A stretch of 64,000 nt of DNA from NCBI RefSeq assembly GCF_000497125.1, contig NC_090597.1, forward strand, positions 1,127,797 through 1,191,796. Direction: 5' to 3'. This DNA comes from Spironucleus salmonicida. Lineage: Eukaryota. The notes under the pieces are model-generated. The model was not told the DNA's origin. It ran no database searches and worked only from the letters and a program-made list of their open reading frames with translations. Of the stretch, positions 50,525 through 63,590 are shown piece by piece (the stretch's first letter is position 1; each line of letters begins with the position of its first letter). The position numbers and the translations under genes were made by a program.

Positions 50525-51115
50525 TCACATGAGTGTTTTCCAATCAATGTCACCTCCAATGATATTCTTAAAAACATTTAACTTAGCATTATTGACCTCC
50601 ATAAAATTTTATTAAATACTAACATTTTATTCTGAATCGCTACTCAAATTTTCTAGTAACTCACATAAATCTTTTTCAGTATCTTATAAATTCAAATGCA
50701 TAATATTTTTGAATAGATATTCATTATCTGTTAAATCTAAATTTATACATGACCCATTATTTGATGCCTTTGGACATGTGCCTCTTATTTTATTAGCGTA
50801 GCTGAACCCAATATCGTGATTTTACTAGAAATCATCTTAAAGTATTTCTTAAGTGATAAATTCTAGTGATTTAGAGTGTTATTTATTAAAATACAATTAA
50901 CCACTATTATTATCTTTCTATACTTTTGTATCCACGTTAAATTTGCTTGACTAATCGGAGTTCGAAAGATCTGGACAGCATTTCTTAATTTTGCTTAAAT
51001 TATGTAAATTATCTTATTGCAACCTATTTGGATATTATTTATTACTTATTTACTATCCAAGCACTTATAATGGCATGATTAGCTAATTTTTATTAAACTC
51101 ACGACTGGATTTCAT
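50525..51115 (-). CDS. Hypothetical protein (196 aa)
   Basis: MKSSREFNKNQLIMP...GDIDWKTLM* continuous. Confidence 0.6.
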
Positions 51116-51536
51116 TCGATATCTTATAATAAATTTTTAATATAATAAATATAGAAATGCATTGATTGACTAAAAATTATATTAACAAACGATAATAATT
51201 TAATATATAATGAAAAATATGTTTTATCTGTATAATTAATAAATAATACATTCGATTGACTAGATTTACTATACATCCTAGAATTAAGCTATAAAATATA
51301 TAATAATTTGATTACAAATTATAAAGCAAAGAGAAAATTCAACTTACAACTCAGTTGTTATTGCTATTATATTTTCTAATCTATATTTAATATCATTAAC
51401 AAGTATAAATTAAAGAAACTATTGTTTAAATAGTTGTAAAAAGTACCAATTATACAGTGAATTACTATTATTAGTAATATTATACCGGATGTATAGCTTT
51501 AAATAAAATATTAATATTTAATGATTGAGATATGAC

Positions 51537-52955
51537 TCACTCTTTCATGCATTATCCTCTCTATTACCAACCTTTCATAATAAGTTGAATAAATACTTCA
51601 TGTGGTTAATTATATCTACCATTAAACTATGGCAAGAAACTACATAAAATATACATAGGATGATCTTTAAGTTCTGCACATTTACATTCAGTTCCAGCTT
51701 TATTAAAAACAGTTCCAATCATACCAAATTACTCTAATTACTTAAATACTTCGTTATTGATGTTATTTACAGTGTAAAATCTTTCCATTTTATCATTTTT
51801 AAACAAGCCCTCAGCCAAACTATTTTTAAGAACACTGATTTCTTTATCTCCTATAATATTCCCTTATTCATCTTCATCAATTGGTTTAATAACTTATTCC
51901 CAGTTTTCAATATTATTAGATTATGCAAATTCTAGAATACCTTAATAAGCGCCTTAGCATATACCTAATAAGGGTATTTTATGCTCTCTACAATATTTGG
52001 CTGATATACGCTTTCCAAAGTGACCAGAGTCGCCAAATCCATCTAATAATATACAAGATTCAATATTTTTCATATTCGTCTCAATGTTTTGCTATGTTAA
52101 AAACTTACTATTGAGAGGAATAAATTCTATATTCATTTCTACTATCTACGCAGCCGCGCGTAAATTATCAACAACAGATAAATATGCAGATAGATTATTT
52201 ACATGACGACCGACAAGTGCTATTTTAACCGTATTTTTATGTTATGTTTTTTTAATTAAGTGTAAATAGGTATGGGACTAATCAAACTCAGATAGTCTTA
52301 TATTCAAATAAGAATATAATAAGTTTTTAAGACTGTTGGCTATGTTTGAGTTAATTTTCCTTTCCGAAAGCTGAGACTTAAAATCATTAAAATTAATAAA
52401 CAAAGTTGGTGGCTTTTTGAATACTTTAACGAAACTACTCTCATCTAAACCTAAATGAATGGATGAAATATTATTAATCTAGTCTAATTTCATTATAGAA
52501 CGAGCAAAAATTAAGCCAGCTTGATCATTTATCGAACCACCAATCTCTATAATATTTATAACAGCTTCTTTAAAATTACTAATATAATGATAAATATAGT
52601 CAACTAGTTATTCATCTACTGATAAAAAATCAAAACCAGAAGATTTGCTCGAAGTCTCTATTAAATTCACATGATTAACACTTTGACCCAGAGACAGAAA
52701 AGAATGCGAGGGTAAATTGTAAGACAAGGAACGTTCAATAATTCCTATATCCTTGTCTGTTTAAGCTCCATCATGAGTAATGAAAACCTCTCCAATTACA
52801 TCAGGTGATACTAAACCCATTTTTACTGTTAGTGCAGGGTTTAGTTTTATATAATTAATTTTAATTTAATTGTGATCTAAAATTGCAGCAATATATGAGG
52901 AAATTGCTGTTTTACAAGATGACTAGGCATCTGATGAGATAATTATCCACTTCAT
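51537..52955 (-). CDS. Divergent CTP synthase-like protein (probable pseudoenzyme)
   Basis: SPDVIGEVFITHDGAQTDKDIGIIER, IEIGGSIND, GFGDSGHFGK, PLLGICQG align to CTPS synthetase and GATase domains; 472 aa. Confidence 0.85.
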
Positions 52956-53444
52956 GTGTAATACTAAATGTGGAGTGCAAAGTTTATCGTTATTATATCA
53001 TAAATAAATAGTATTATTAAATTTGTGTATTATTACGGTTGCTAAAAGAAGTTTCAGTTTGAATCTTTTTATATCTATTTTTTTAAGTGTAACGTTAAAA
53101 ATTTCATATTCAAGCCAGAAAAATAAATGTATTCTACTCCAGATACGCCTAACTTATAGTATATATTTAATAACTTATTATGTATCTAATTTTTGTTTAT
53201 ATAATATTTATTAGTACATGTTTGATTATGTAAAAGTCACCTTTACCTGTTTTTAAATTAAGTATATGTGTTAAAAATGTATTTATAATTATAAAAACAA
53301 ATATTGTAAAAAATTAAAAACAATTTTTATAAATACATTAGTTAACAATATGTCAGATCTACGTTGGTTCTCTTGTAGTTAGTTAAAACCTGGAGGTAAT
53401 ATAGAGTAATACATTAAAAAACTTAATCATACTAAGATTTAAAA

Positions 53445-53831
53445 ATGAAGGATTATGAAGTCTGGTCTTACAACGAAAAACTTTAATTCCAAGAGCTTTC
53501 GGAGAAATACACATACCAGGGTAAGCTAAACTTTAAAGAAATTGCTGCTGTACTGAAGAGCAAAACTGCAAGATAATGCTACGACTTCTACACAACTCAC
53601 AAAAATCGATCAGAGCCTAGACATCTATGGTGTGCCAACGAAGAGCATCTGCTTTTGTAGTAGGCATAAATACGCAATAGAGACTGGGACAAAATATCAA
53701 AGGAGTTTTTTCCGGGTTTCAGTCGGAGCCAGCTCAGAAACAAGTACAACCACTTGGTTTGGAAAAGAAACTAAGAAATGCAGGATATTTCCTCAATTAT
53801 TCTAGCGATTAATCATATCATCTCTAAATGA
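53445..53831 (+). CDS. Two-repeat Myb protein
   Basis: WSYNEKLQF...FKEIAAVLKSKTARQCYDFY; WCANEEHLL...DWDKISKEFFPGFSRSQLRNKY. Confidence 0.9.
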
Positions 53832-54013
53832 CGAGATTTCAGTGATTACCATCCCATTTTTAATTATTTCAATGGGTGCATTACCTTCAAGCTCTTAAGA
53901 ACGCAAACCTCTCGTTATAGCTGCAAATGAGAGAAAACGGCAACAAAAACACCATTTTTCGACCAATTCATCTCTGATTTCTTCCTAAATCTGATATTAT
54001 CTTATTTTCACTC

Positions 54014-55123
54014 TCAAATTCCGTATTGGAATATTTTTCTGGCGCTTCCGACCATATATAAATCGTGATCATCACAAATAGCGTCCAGGACCCTCCCCTA
54101 GTCGTTTTTCTTGTCCATCTCCCGATCATAGCACTCTATTGAGTGGTAAGGCCTGCTGCACCTTTCGTCCCAGAGATAGCTCACGCCGCTTATATCAGTG
54201 CTGAAAAAGTGGCCTTTTCCTCTCTAGGTAAGCTTCACAACGTGACTTTTATGCCCTAAAAACGTTCTTTAAACTTGATTTCCAGCCCTTAAATCGTAAA
54301 CTCGAATCGCACGGTCGAATGAGCCGCATTTTGCAATGTTTTCGTCGTATGCAAAACACGAAACTTCGGGTCCTGGAATAGAAGAAACTATCTAATTTTA
54401 GATAATATCGTAGAATTTTACGGAATTCGAGCAGGAGAGTGCAAGATTTCCTTAGAATTCAAAAGCTTTTGTGGGGTTGTGCTGAGCAAGTGAAAAAGCG
54501 GGTTAAATTTGCTGGTTTTCTACTATTTGTAAATCCAGTAAATACACGTCAGAAGCTTCGTCAAATGCGAAAATACCGTCCTTGAAGGTGTTCATTGATA
54601 CAATTGGGGTTTAGGATGCTGATTTGAATTTCTGGATTTTTTCGCCATCTAAAACGTTGATAGTGCCGTCGTAACCTGCAGAGAAATGAAATTTGTTAAA
54701 AACTGAGCATGTTAGGGGCTATTTCGATAATTAGATGCTTTAGAGGGGTTTAAGGGTTTTATCAAAAATCTAAACACTTCCATCGTATGAAGTAACGTAA
54801 ATACTGGTATCAGATATAGAAAGAGAGCTACCCCAGTCTGGTATATCTTATTAATTTTTTAATACTGGAGGAATTGGAGATGGTGCGCATGCTATTTTAA
54901 CGGTTTATTCAATTGATATGTTGTTAAGATTCAAGAAATTTGTTAGATTTAAGGATACTAAAAGGTCATTAATGTAGAAATCAAAAGTTTGAGGTTATGA
55001 TGTAAGCGAATTGGCAAGCTCATTTAAATCAATAATAGATGTTGCTTATGGTATAACTAGGGGAGTTTCATCAATCTAAATGTCTCGATCTAGTGAAAAT
55101 AATGATACTGTCAGAGTTGACAT
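54014..55123 (-). CDS. YTM1: Ribosome biogenesis protein Ytm1/WDR12 (NLE domain + WD40)
   Basis: NLE/UBL N-terminus (TFDFYINDLL...ISIEQTVKI...PP...PDWGSS), SYDGSVQIFD, GSFDRAIRVYDLR, GHKSHV; 369 aa. Confidence 0.8.
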
Positions 55124-55145
55124 TGTGGTGAAGGGGAATGTGGAA
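55124..55145 (-). promoter_or_regulatory. C-rich start-proximal element of YTM1
   Basis: Minus strand TTCCACATTCCCCTTCACCACA immediately before ATG. Confidence 0.5.
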
Positions 55146-55687
55146 AGAGTAATTAATATTTTATTGAAAGATATTGAATCCTCTATAAAAATTATAAAAT
55201 TAATAATGAATAATATTTTAGGGGGATCAAACTACATTGCCTTTATCTATATAACGTTGTTCTTACAGAAGATTACTTGATACTTGAATATTAATCTATA
55301 TTATTAAACTAACAAAGTTCTTATAAAATGATATTTACTCTTATAATTAATATTATTTTACACCTAGTTAATAATTAGTATGCCTATGATTAATTATTTT
55401 AATTGTAGTAATCACAGTAACTAAATATTTCTATACTAATTACACAATTTTAATTATTGATTTTGCACTAATTTCATCTACGTTTTGTCACTCAATGAAA
55501 TACTAAAATGATAATTGTGTTATTAACCTAGGTAATTTAAGTTTAATGTAAATTATATTGGGTAATGTAAACTGAATTTTTATGTATACGTATTTATTTC
55601 TCAAAATTTAATGCAAATAAAAGATTATTGTAGGAAATAAATACAGAAAACATAAAATTCATAAAACATGCAAATTATATAATTAAA

Positions 55688-57226
55688 TCACGTCACTATA
55701 TAATTAAATTAGTCATACGATCAAATTTCATCAGGGTTAATAATTTTAATTTTATGTGTCACGTGAATGCGCTTAGGAATAATACTAACTACAAACATAA
55801 TAACACAAAAAATTGATGAGCAGATAACTGATAGAGATGAAAACATAATATATGTGCTCCTTAAACTCTATTCCACTGAGTTTGATACAATTTAGTCTTA
55901 AAAATCATCATCTTCATTATACACATATATTACAACATATTTATGGTCTCTTAATGGTTCTATAATAGCAAACTCATTATTAGAAATATTATTTATAATT
56001 TTATTCATGGAAGAATTATACAATAATGAGAAATCATAAGTATCTTTAAAAAGTGTTATTCCAGATGAAAAATCTTCAGGAATATTAAAATAACCTACTT
56101 TGAATGTATACAAATTAGTTTATTCCAAAACACATTTTGAACTTGTCATTTAAAATTAAAATTCTATAGTTTTGCTGAATATTAAAATATCAAGGCCACT
56201 GAAGCAAGAAGGCTTAAACACACCTACTTATTATATTATTAACTAATCGCCTATCTGGAAATAAAATATAATATAGCGGTCTGTTAATTATATACGTTAC
56301 ATTTAGGTTAATATAAATAAACAATCTTCTTCATTTTCTGTAACAGCGCATACCATATTTCCGTCAGATTTGAAAATATTTTCATTAATTTTTCCTGAAA
56401 TATAATGATGAGTGTCTTTAATAACCATTTTTATAATAAAATTAGCTTTTGAAAAATCTGCAGCAAGCATAAATTTGTCTAATTCACCTTTATTTCTTTA
56501 AAACTCTAAAGCCATATAAGATGAAAAAATTGTAGTAGTAAGTCCTGTGAAAATATTTGGTTGTTTTACAATTACAATATCAGAAGTTGTATAATTTTAT
56601 GAGATGTGTATTCCATTCTATAGGCCAGTTAACATCAAAATAGCCATATCTACATAAGGTATTTCAGACGTTGCAGTAAAACAATAAGAAGTAGTTTTTG
56701 AATCAAACTTTTCAACACCTTTATCGAATTCGGATTTACCCTCCCTATCTGAATGAATCTTTAAGATTGCTTTTCTTTCAGTCAAGTCCTTTCCAATATT
56801 AGCCTAATCTATAACTATACATGATTAGTCTCCTTCAACAGTTAAATGAACCCCTGGAGTAATACTATTCAGCTTCTTTCGTATATTCAAAACACTTCCA
56901 ATGCTGAAAACTGTTGTCAGTTATGGAGAGTCTATAACAACAGTACTCGAAATAACGTCATCGTAGGCAGCACATTTTGTGCCACAATTTATTTTTAGTG
57001 AAATAGTTTTATTGTAACTGAAACCAGTAAATATTTATCCAATATTTAATGATGAATCTGGGAACTATAGTTAAACCAAAACTCCTGTTGGAAAATCGCA
57101 AAGAACTCCAGATTCACGGTTAAGCTAAATCTCCAAATGGTCCGAGAAAAGATTTAGTTGAGAACGTTATGTGTAACAGTCCATGGTAGATACGACACTA
57201 TACACTGCCAATAAATATATATACAT
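55688..57226 (-). CDS. Hypothetical type I membrane protein, tandem paralog 1 (512 aa)
   Basis: Signal-like MYIYLLAVYSV, DCYTQRSQLNLF...LCDFPTG, C-terminal TM. Confidence 0.75.
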
Positions 57227-57540
57227 TTTATAAAAGTAATTTGTATATCATTTATATAATATTATTCTCATACGTTTTTTGTTTTTAATAAAAGATCGTA
57301 TACTATAATATATATGTATTAAATATTAGATTTTTGTATACGTATTTTTAAAAGATATAGGTTATATAGCAAATTATGGAGAATATATTTTCAATAGTTT
57401 TGTTTATTTTTATACTATAAAATATGAACAAAATAATAAATTAACGAAATAATAAATGGTAGTAAATTTCACCTATTTAAAATCAAATCATTCCATTGGT
57501 TACTATATGCAAGTGTATTTAAAAAGGTTCATTTCATAGC

Positions 57541-59046
57541 TCATAGTTCCTCAATTACCTTAGCTTTCGATCTAACTACACTGCGCTTCTTTTTAGGCAT
57601 GATTGTTATAAAAAATACTCCTGTGCAGATTACGGCGTTTGACAACACTCCAACAACAACATAGAATAAATAGGTCGTCATTAAGCTAACTTAAACAGTA
57701 TCTGCTAAAATTTAATCTAAATACTTTCCGTCGGCACTAAAAATATATAATACCGTGTATGGTTCATTTTTTAAATTTTCAATAATTAAAAACTAATTCC
57801 TACTAAATTATATATTGATTTCACGTTTAGTCGAATTGTAGTCTTTTTGAAATTCCTTAATTGAATTAAATTTTGAAAACCCCAATGCTAGTTCTTTATC
57901 CGTGTGAAAATATCCCAAATCAAACGTATAATTAGATGTTTCGATCATTGGACAGTCTTAAATTAAATGATCAAAGCCGAACGTTAAATAAGATTTTCGA
58001 ATAATCACATTTAATGTTTAGAAGCAAGTAGAATAAAAATTTTTAACTTACTTAATAATCGTCACTTTGTCAATTTAGAAATAGAAGGTTACAATATATT
58101 CGTTTTTTGAATGCTGTTTAAAAAGTTATAAAATATGTATGCAATCAGCTTCGTTATCACTTAATGCGCACACTATATTTCCACCATTTTCAAAAAGACT
58201 TTTTGTGAAGTTTCCGGCGATGTAGTAATTAGTATTATTCAAATTAATTTTAAGGTCAAATTTTGTTTTAGCAAAAGATGTGGATGTGATAAAATTGTCA
58301 TACTCTGGGTCGTTTCGGTCAAACTCAATAGCTATATAAGAAGAGAATACAGTTGCACTTAATCCTGTAAATATATTTGGTTGGTTTGGTATACTAATTT
58401 GCGTAGATGTATAGTTTTCCGAGATCGAAATTCCATCTAACCTGCCTTACAGCATTAAAATTCCTGTATTCACGAACGGTAATGAAAAGTTAACTTTAAA
58501 ACAATATTAAGTATTATCTGCATTAAATTCCTCAGTTGGATTTAAGTATTAAGTTGAACCATCCCTATCAGACTATATTTTTAATATAACTTGTTTATCT
58601 GCTAAATTCTTTCCAATATTTGGTTAGTCTATAACCATACAGGTTATATCATCCTTAACAGTAAGATGAACTCCTGCATTAACACGACTCATCTTCTTTC
58701 GTATATTTAAAACACTTCCAATACTGAATAGGGTGGTCAGCTAAGGAGAATCTATCAGAACAGTGCTAGAAATAACATGATCGTAGTCAGCACATTTTGT
58801 TCCACAGTTAATAATCAAAGAATTTGTATTTTCATAGCTAAAATTAGTAAATACTTACCCTATATCGAGAGCAGAATCTGGGAATTATAATTGTACCATA
58901 ACACCTCTTGGAAAATCACAAAGATCTCCAGGATCATGTCTAAATTGAATCTCTAGATGGTTAATGAATAGATTTAGTTGAGAACGTTATGTGTAGCAGT
59001 CTATGGCTGATACATTGCTATACAATGCCAGTAGAACTACGTGCAT
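57541..59046 (-). CDS. Hypothetical type I membrane protein, tandem paralog 2 (501 aa)
   Basis: MHVVLLALYSNVSAIDCYTQRSQLNLF...LCDFPRG; clearly homologous to 55688-57226 but diverged. Confidence 0.75.
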
Positions 59047-59243
59047 TTTAATCATAGTATTTTAGTTATAAATATATACTAGAAGTAGAGTAAGTAAAGA
59101 TAATGTGTGAATATAAATTATAGGTTATAATGTGATTAAAAAATTTAATCACTCTTAATATGTTCGTGAACATATCATCTAATATATATTATAATAATTA
59201 AGTATATTTTTTGATATCTTTTTCTTCGCACCATTCCCTCGGA

Positions 59244-59936
59244 ATGAACGCCGAACTCAAGAGCTCTAAATTCTCTAAAATTGTCAAGACCACAGTCAAG
59301 ACCTCCTAGATGGGTGTAGGTGTCCACACTCAGAAGGACCTCACCCGTTACGTTAGATGGCCCGCTTATATCCGTATCTAGAGACAGAAGGCTCTGCTCT
59401 AGACTCGTCTGAAGGTTCCTGGTGCAATCAACCAGTTCCACCACCCAGTTTCCAAGAATCTCAACATTGAAATCTTGAACTTTGCCAAGAAGTATATCAA
59501 GGAAACTCGTGAAGAGCGTAAAGTTCGTATCACCAAGATGGCTGAAACTAAGACTAAGATCCCTGCTAAGGCTTCTGTTATCTCTGGAATCAACGAAGTT
59601 ACCAACCTTATTGAAAAGAAGAAGGCTAAGTTAGTCTTAATCGCCAACGATGTTGATCCCATCGAACTCGTTATGTGGTTACCTTCTCTCTGCCACAAGA
59701 TGCAGATCCCTTATGCTATCATCCGTTCTAAGTCTGAACTTGGTGCTCTTGCTGGTTTGAAGACATGTGCAGTTCTTGCTATTGACGAAATCCGTAGTGA
59801 AGATACTGCCGCTCTCCGTTCAATCACCGATAAGATTGCCGTTGAGGTCAACTATGAAAAGACCATCAAGAATCACGGTGGAAACACTCTTTCATTAAGG
59901 TCTCAGCGTAAGCTCCCCTCTGTTGAAAAGCACTGA
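59244..59936 (+). CDS. RPL7A: 60S ribosomal protein L7a (eL8)
   Basis: [65 protein letters not shown]; TAG at the conserved Gln of IRIQRQ. Confidence 0.95.
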
Positions 59937-60190
59937 TTTTATTAATTTGTATCAAATTAGTAAAAGTTGAAGTCAATTTTTTACTACATATATTATAGTA
60001 TTTACGTTTAGCAGACGTCACATTCTTTTTATAAGATTATTATTTCTCTATACTATTACCACCTTTTGCGTTGCATAATTAAGCTATTCTAATTTATTTT
60101 ATCACTATTTTGACTAAATTTAATTTCTATTATATTTATTATTATTATACATAGTAAGCCATATTTATTTTTCCGCTCCAACCCGCAAAA

Positions 60191-61048
60191 ATGCAAGCTC
60201 ACCACTAGCAAAACCAAGTCTATCGTGACCCCAGAGTATTTCGCGATTCGACCTGGAAGGCCCAATCAGCACTTCCAGAGGCAACTCAGTAGCGCCTTCG
60301 TACACTCCAACAGGATGCTAAAACGTCAGTCAACACACTACTAAACAACATCCCCAAAATGCCACAAGAGCCCACCGTTCAAGTTCAAACTGCACAATTT
60401 TTAGAAGCTTTCCCAGACCGTATTGAGGAGCGCACCTCAAATACGTAAACAGATCCGATGCAGGAATGCCAGCAGCCAGCTCCCTTCAGAGCACCCCCTC
60501 AAGGGGTCGACAAACAGACAGAAATTCTTGTTGGTGAACTTTTCAACTTCGATCTTGAGGTTCAGCCCATGCTAGATGTTCTGATTGGGGCAGTTTTATA
60601 ATAATCCCTAATCGAATTTGCTGATAGCGAGGAAATTAAGGCAATTAGAAGGGCCAAAGTTACATTAAAGCAGAAAAAATAGGCGGAATTACAAGAAATC
60701 CGTAGAATCGAGGAAGCGGAAAAGAGGAAGAGAGAAGAAATATAAAAGAGAATCGGCGAAGACAAGAAAAGGGTAATGCAGGAAGAGGAACTCGCAAGGA
60801 AATGTGCTGCACAAGTATTTGCGAGAAAATTTGCTATGGATTTAGAGAAGGACGTTCTGGTAGGCTTAGAGGCAAAAGGTGCGTTTTAAAGTTAGTTGGA
60901 GACTGCCGTAACTGGTAAATTCGTGCCTGAAATTATACTAAAAGGAATGGAAAAAGCCAAATAAAGAGAAGGAATTCACGGTATCTTGAGAGAAATCTTG
61001 AGGTTAGCAGTAGAGAAGGGTGTTAGATTGGAAAATGGCGGATAGTGA
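60191..61048 (+). CDS. RSP3: Radial spoke protein 3
   Basis: DPRVFRDST, QTAQFLE, TQTD, GVDKQTEILVGELFNFDLEVQPMLDVLIG match the RSP3 domain. Confidence 0.85.
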
Positions 61049-61456
61049 AATGTGGGAGTTGATATAATTGATATTATATAAATAGTATATGAATATTGCG
61101 AAAGTTATATTTATAATTAAGTTGGATATAATTTTTAGGATACAAAGATTTAATATTTATTTTAGTTTAACTTTAAGAATGAGATTAGAATTTATTATAA
61201 TATATCATGAATTAGTATATACTTAAAATGTTTAGTTTAGTTAATATTAATTAATATTAAAAATATTTAAATATTATAATTTTTAATTGTAATTTTCTAA
61301 CTTATAATTATTTTTTTTCTTATATATGTCCATAACAATAATATATGTATACTTAGAGTAATAGTTTCTTAAATTTTCTAATTTGTAATTTTTCCTATTT
61401 GGATGAGGCTAGAATTACATTGAGATGAATATTTATTTTTGATATAACTTTATAAA

Positions 61457-61867
61457 ATGTAACAATTCGAAGAACTTTAGGTAATTTTGTTGTCTAATGA
61501 CTCTCATGGTTATCTTTCATATAATGATGAATTTCTACCATCGATATTTCCAACTAATATTTAATTCTCACGAATCCTTGGCAAACCAATTATTGCGCTT
61601 AATAAGTTTTCAAAAACACTGAAGACAATAAGAGAGAACCCCAAGGTTTCATTTTTCTTTGGAAATATTGAAGATGACTGGGCTGAAGTAAGTGGAACTG
61701 TAAGCTTCTTACCATTTATTTAGAAAAATTTCCCCGCTTTTGTCGAAGCTAGAAAGAATGTTATGTGTAAGATTACATGTGATGAAGCTCTTGTTATAGT
61801 GGTTTTAGATGCATGTTATGTTAAAATATTTTAGCATGGAATGTTAAGAGAAGTAAGATATGACTGA
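61457..61867 (+). CDS. Pyridoxamine 5'-phosphate oxidase-like (FMN split-barrel) protein
   Basis: HGYLSY...PSIFP...FSKTLKTIRENPKVSFFF...WAEVSGTV; 136 aa. Confidence 0.6.
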
Positions 61868-61890
61868 AATTATATTTTATAGTTAAAAGC

Positions 61891-63078
61891 TCACATTGTA
61901 GATTTGAATGATGAGCTCTCGCTAATTTCTATAGCATCTTTAAGCTATTCTTCAATTGGTAATCTACTTCTTTTTTATAGTCTCCAGCCCTTGCCGCTGA
62001 AGAACTGGACGCCGTCGTACACGAGGATGAGGTTGCCGATGCCGAACCCGAAGATGAAGTCGAGCCTGTCGTGCTTGGGGAAGTTCGCGTAGATGCTGAT
62101 GCCGAACATCTTGATGAGCACCAGCTTCCATATGATCTCCTGGTAGATGACGCCGCAGACCGCCGAGAGCAGACCGGCGAGGGTCCAGCAGATGACGATG
62201 TAGAGGACGTAGCCCAGGAACCCGAACTTCACGATGGAGTGGTAGATGGCGGGGCCGATGTGCCGGCCGACGAGGTTCATGCCCGCCCAGGAGATGGATA
62301 TGTAGTTGCCGACGGTGTTGCAGAGCTGGGCCTGGGAGAGGTTATCCTTCTCGTAGATGAGGAAGGTGATCCAGAAGACGATGAAGTACTGCACGAAGGC
62401 GACCACGATGGTGAACAGGCCGACGTACATGAACTGCTCGAACATGTTGTTGAAGCGGTACTCGTACAGCTTGAAGATGGAGAGCTTCTGCAGGTTCGTG
62501 AAGGTTATCGAGTTGCTGAAGGAGATGAGGATCTGGAACGTGTTGTGGTACACCGTGTAGTTCGTGAGCGAGGTGTTCCGCATCGTGGTGGAGGAGAACG
62601 TCGCCCAGACGACCCAGGAGAGGAAGTACTGGAAGATGCCCTTCGACGTCGCGGACCAGCCCGGCCCGTACCCGGCAGCCCAGGTGGTCAGGATGCCCCC
62701 GATGAAGAAGATGTTGGACTGATGCAGGATCACGCCCACGTCGTAGTTGCCTCCGTTCGCGATGAACTTTATGAACTTCAGGTCGATGAAGTAGAAGAAG
62801 AACGCGAGGGGGAGGTTGATCAGGTTGAAGAGCGTGATGTTGAACCAGAAGGGCTGCTTGCTGAACAGCTTCAGGATCTTCGAGTTGTGGTAGGAGGCCA
62901 CCATGAAGATCGCGCCGATAGAAACTGCGCCCACCATGCCGGGACCGTGCAGGAGCCAGTTCTCGGGATTCCAGCCCAGAAACGCGTAGATGATGCACAG
63001 CTCCAGCGTCAGCATCGGAATCGTCAGCGCCAGCTCGAAGAGCGTCTTGCCAACTGATTTGAGTAACTAGACAAACAT
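61891..63078 (-). CDS. Multi-pass membrane protein (395 aa)
   Basis: ATG 63078 (MFVQLLKSVGK...) continues into the supplied 346-aa ORF and through TAA to TGA 61891; many TM segments. Confidence 0.8.
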
Positions 63079-63263
63079 TAATGAAATTGAGAAAATAATA
63101 CATTGCCTATTACTAATAAAGTATCAACATCATAAAATGTGGTTCATGAAATACAACTAAATCAAGCAAATATATATGTAAAGGTATTTAATTATATTCT
63201 TTGGGAAAACTAATAAAATATTATATAGTATAACTAAATATGCATTCATTCATTTTCTTAAAT

Positions 63264-63590
63264 ATGACGATTTCAGTGCATTGCAAATCATCTGAAGTAG
63301 GTTGTAAATAGGATGGGTTCTGTGACATTGCAAATGGTTTTACAAAAGATATAAGAATAGATGGTTGTGTTTGTTAGACTTCTAGAATTTAAAGATTGGT
63401 ACTTAACGATTCATCTAAATACACCTGCCCATGGGATTATATGCTGACTATCATCATTTTAGTTTGTATTTTATGCACAATTATAGCTACACCATTCATA
63501 ATCAAATGGTACAAATATATCGAAATGGTCCTTGACGAGAATGATAGAATTGAGAAAGCCAAAGAATAGCAGCAGACATAGGACGTGTGA
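63264..63590 (+). CDS. Small Cys-containing single-pass membrane protein (108 aa)
   Basis: MTISVHCKSSEVGCKQDGFCDIANG...GCVC...CPWDYMLTIIILVCILCTIIATPFII. Confidence 0.65.

Noticed and set aside
59160-59300. Spliceosomal intron in RPL7A (known in some diplomonads)
   Set aside because: The frame is continuous from ATG 59244 with a C-rich element upstream; no intron is needed
1829-61867. Widespread pseudogenisation implied by in-frame TAA/TAG
   Set aside because: TAR falls at conserved Gln positions (RPL7A, ATG18, Myb paralogs) and genes end at TGA, so this is code reassignment
62071-63103. 328-aa + strand and 253-aa alternate-frame ORFs
   Set aside because: Shadows of the GC-rich membrane-protein CDS
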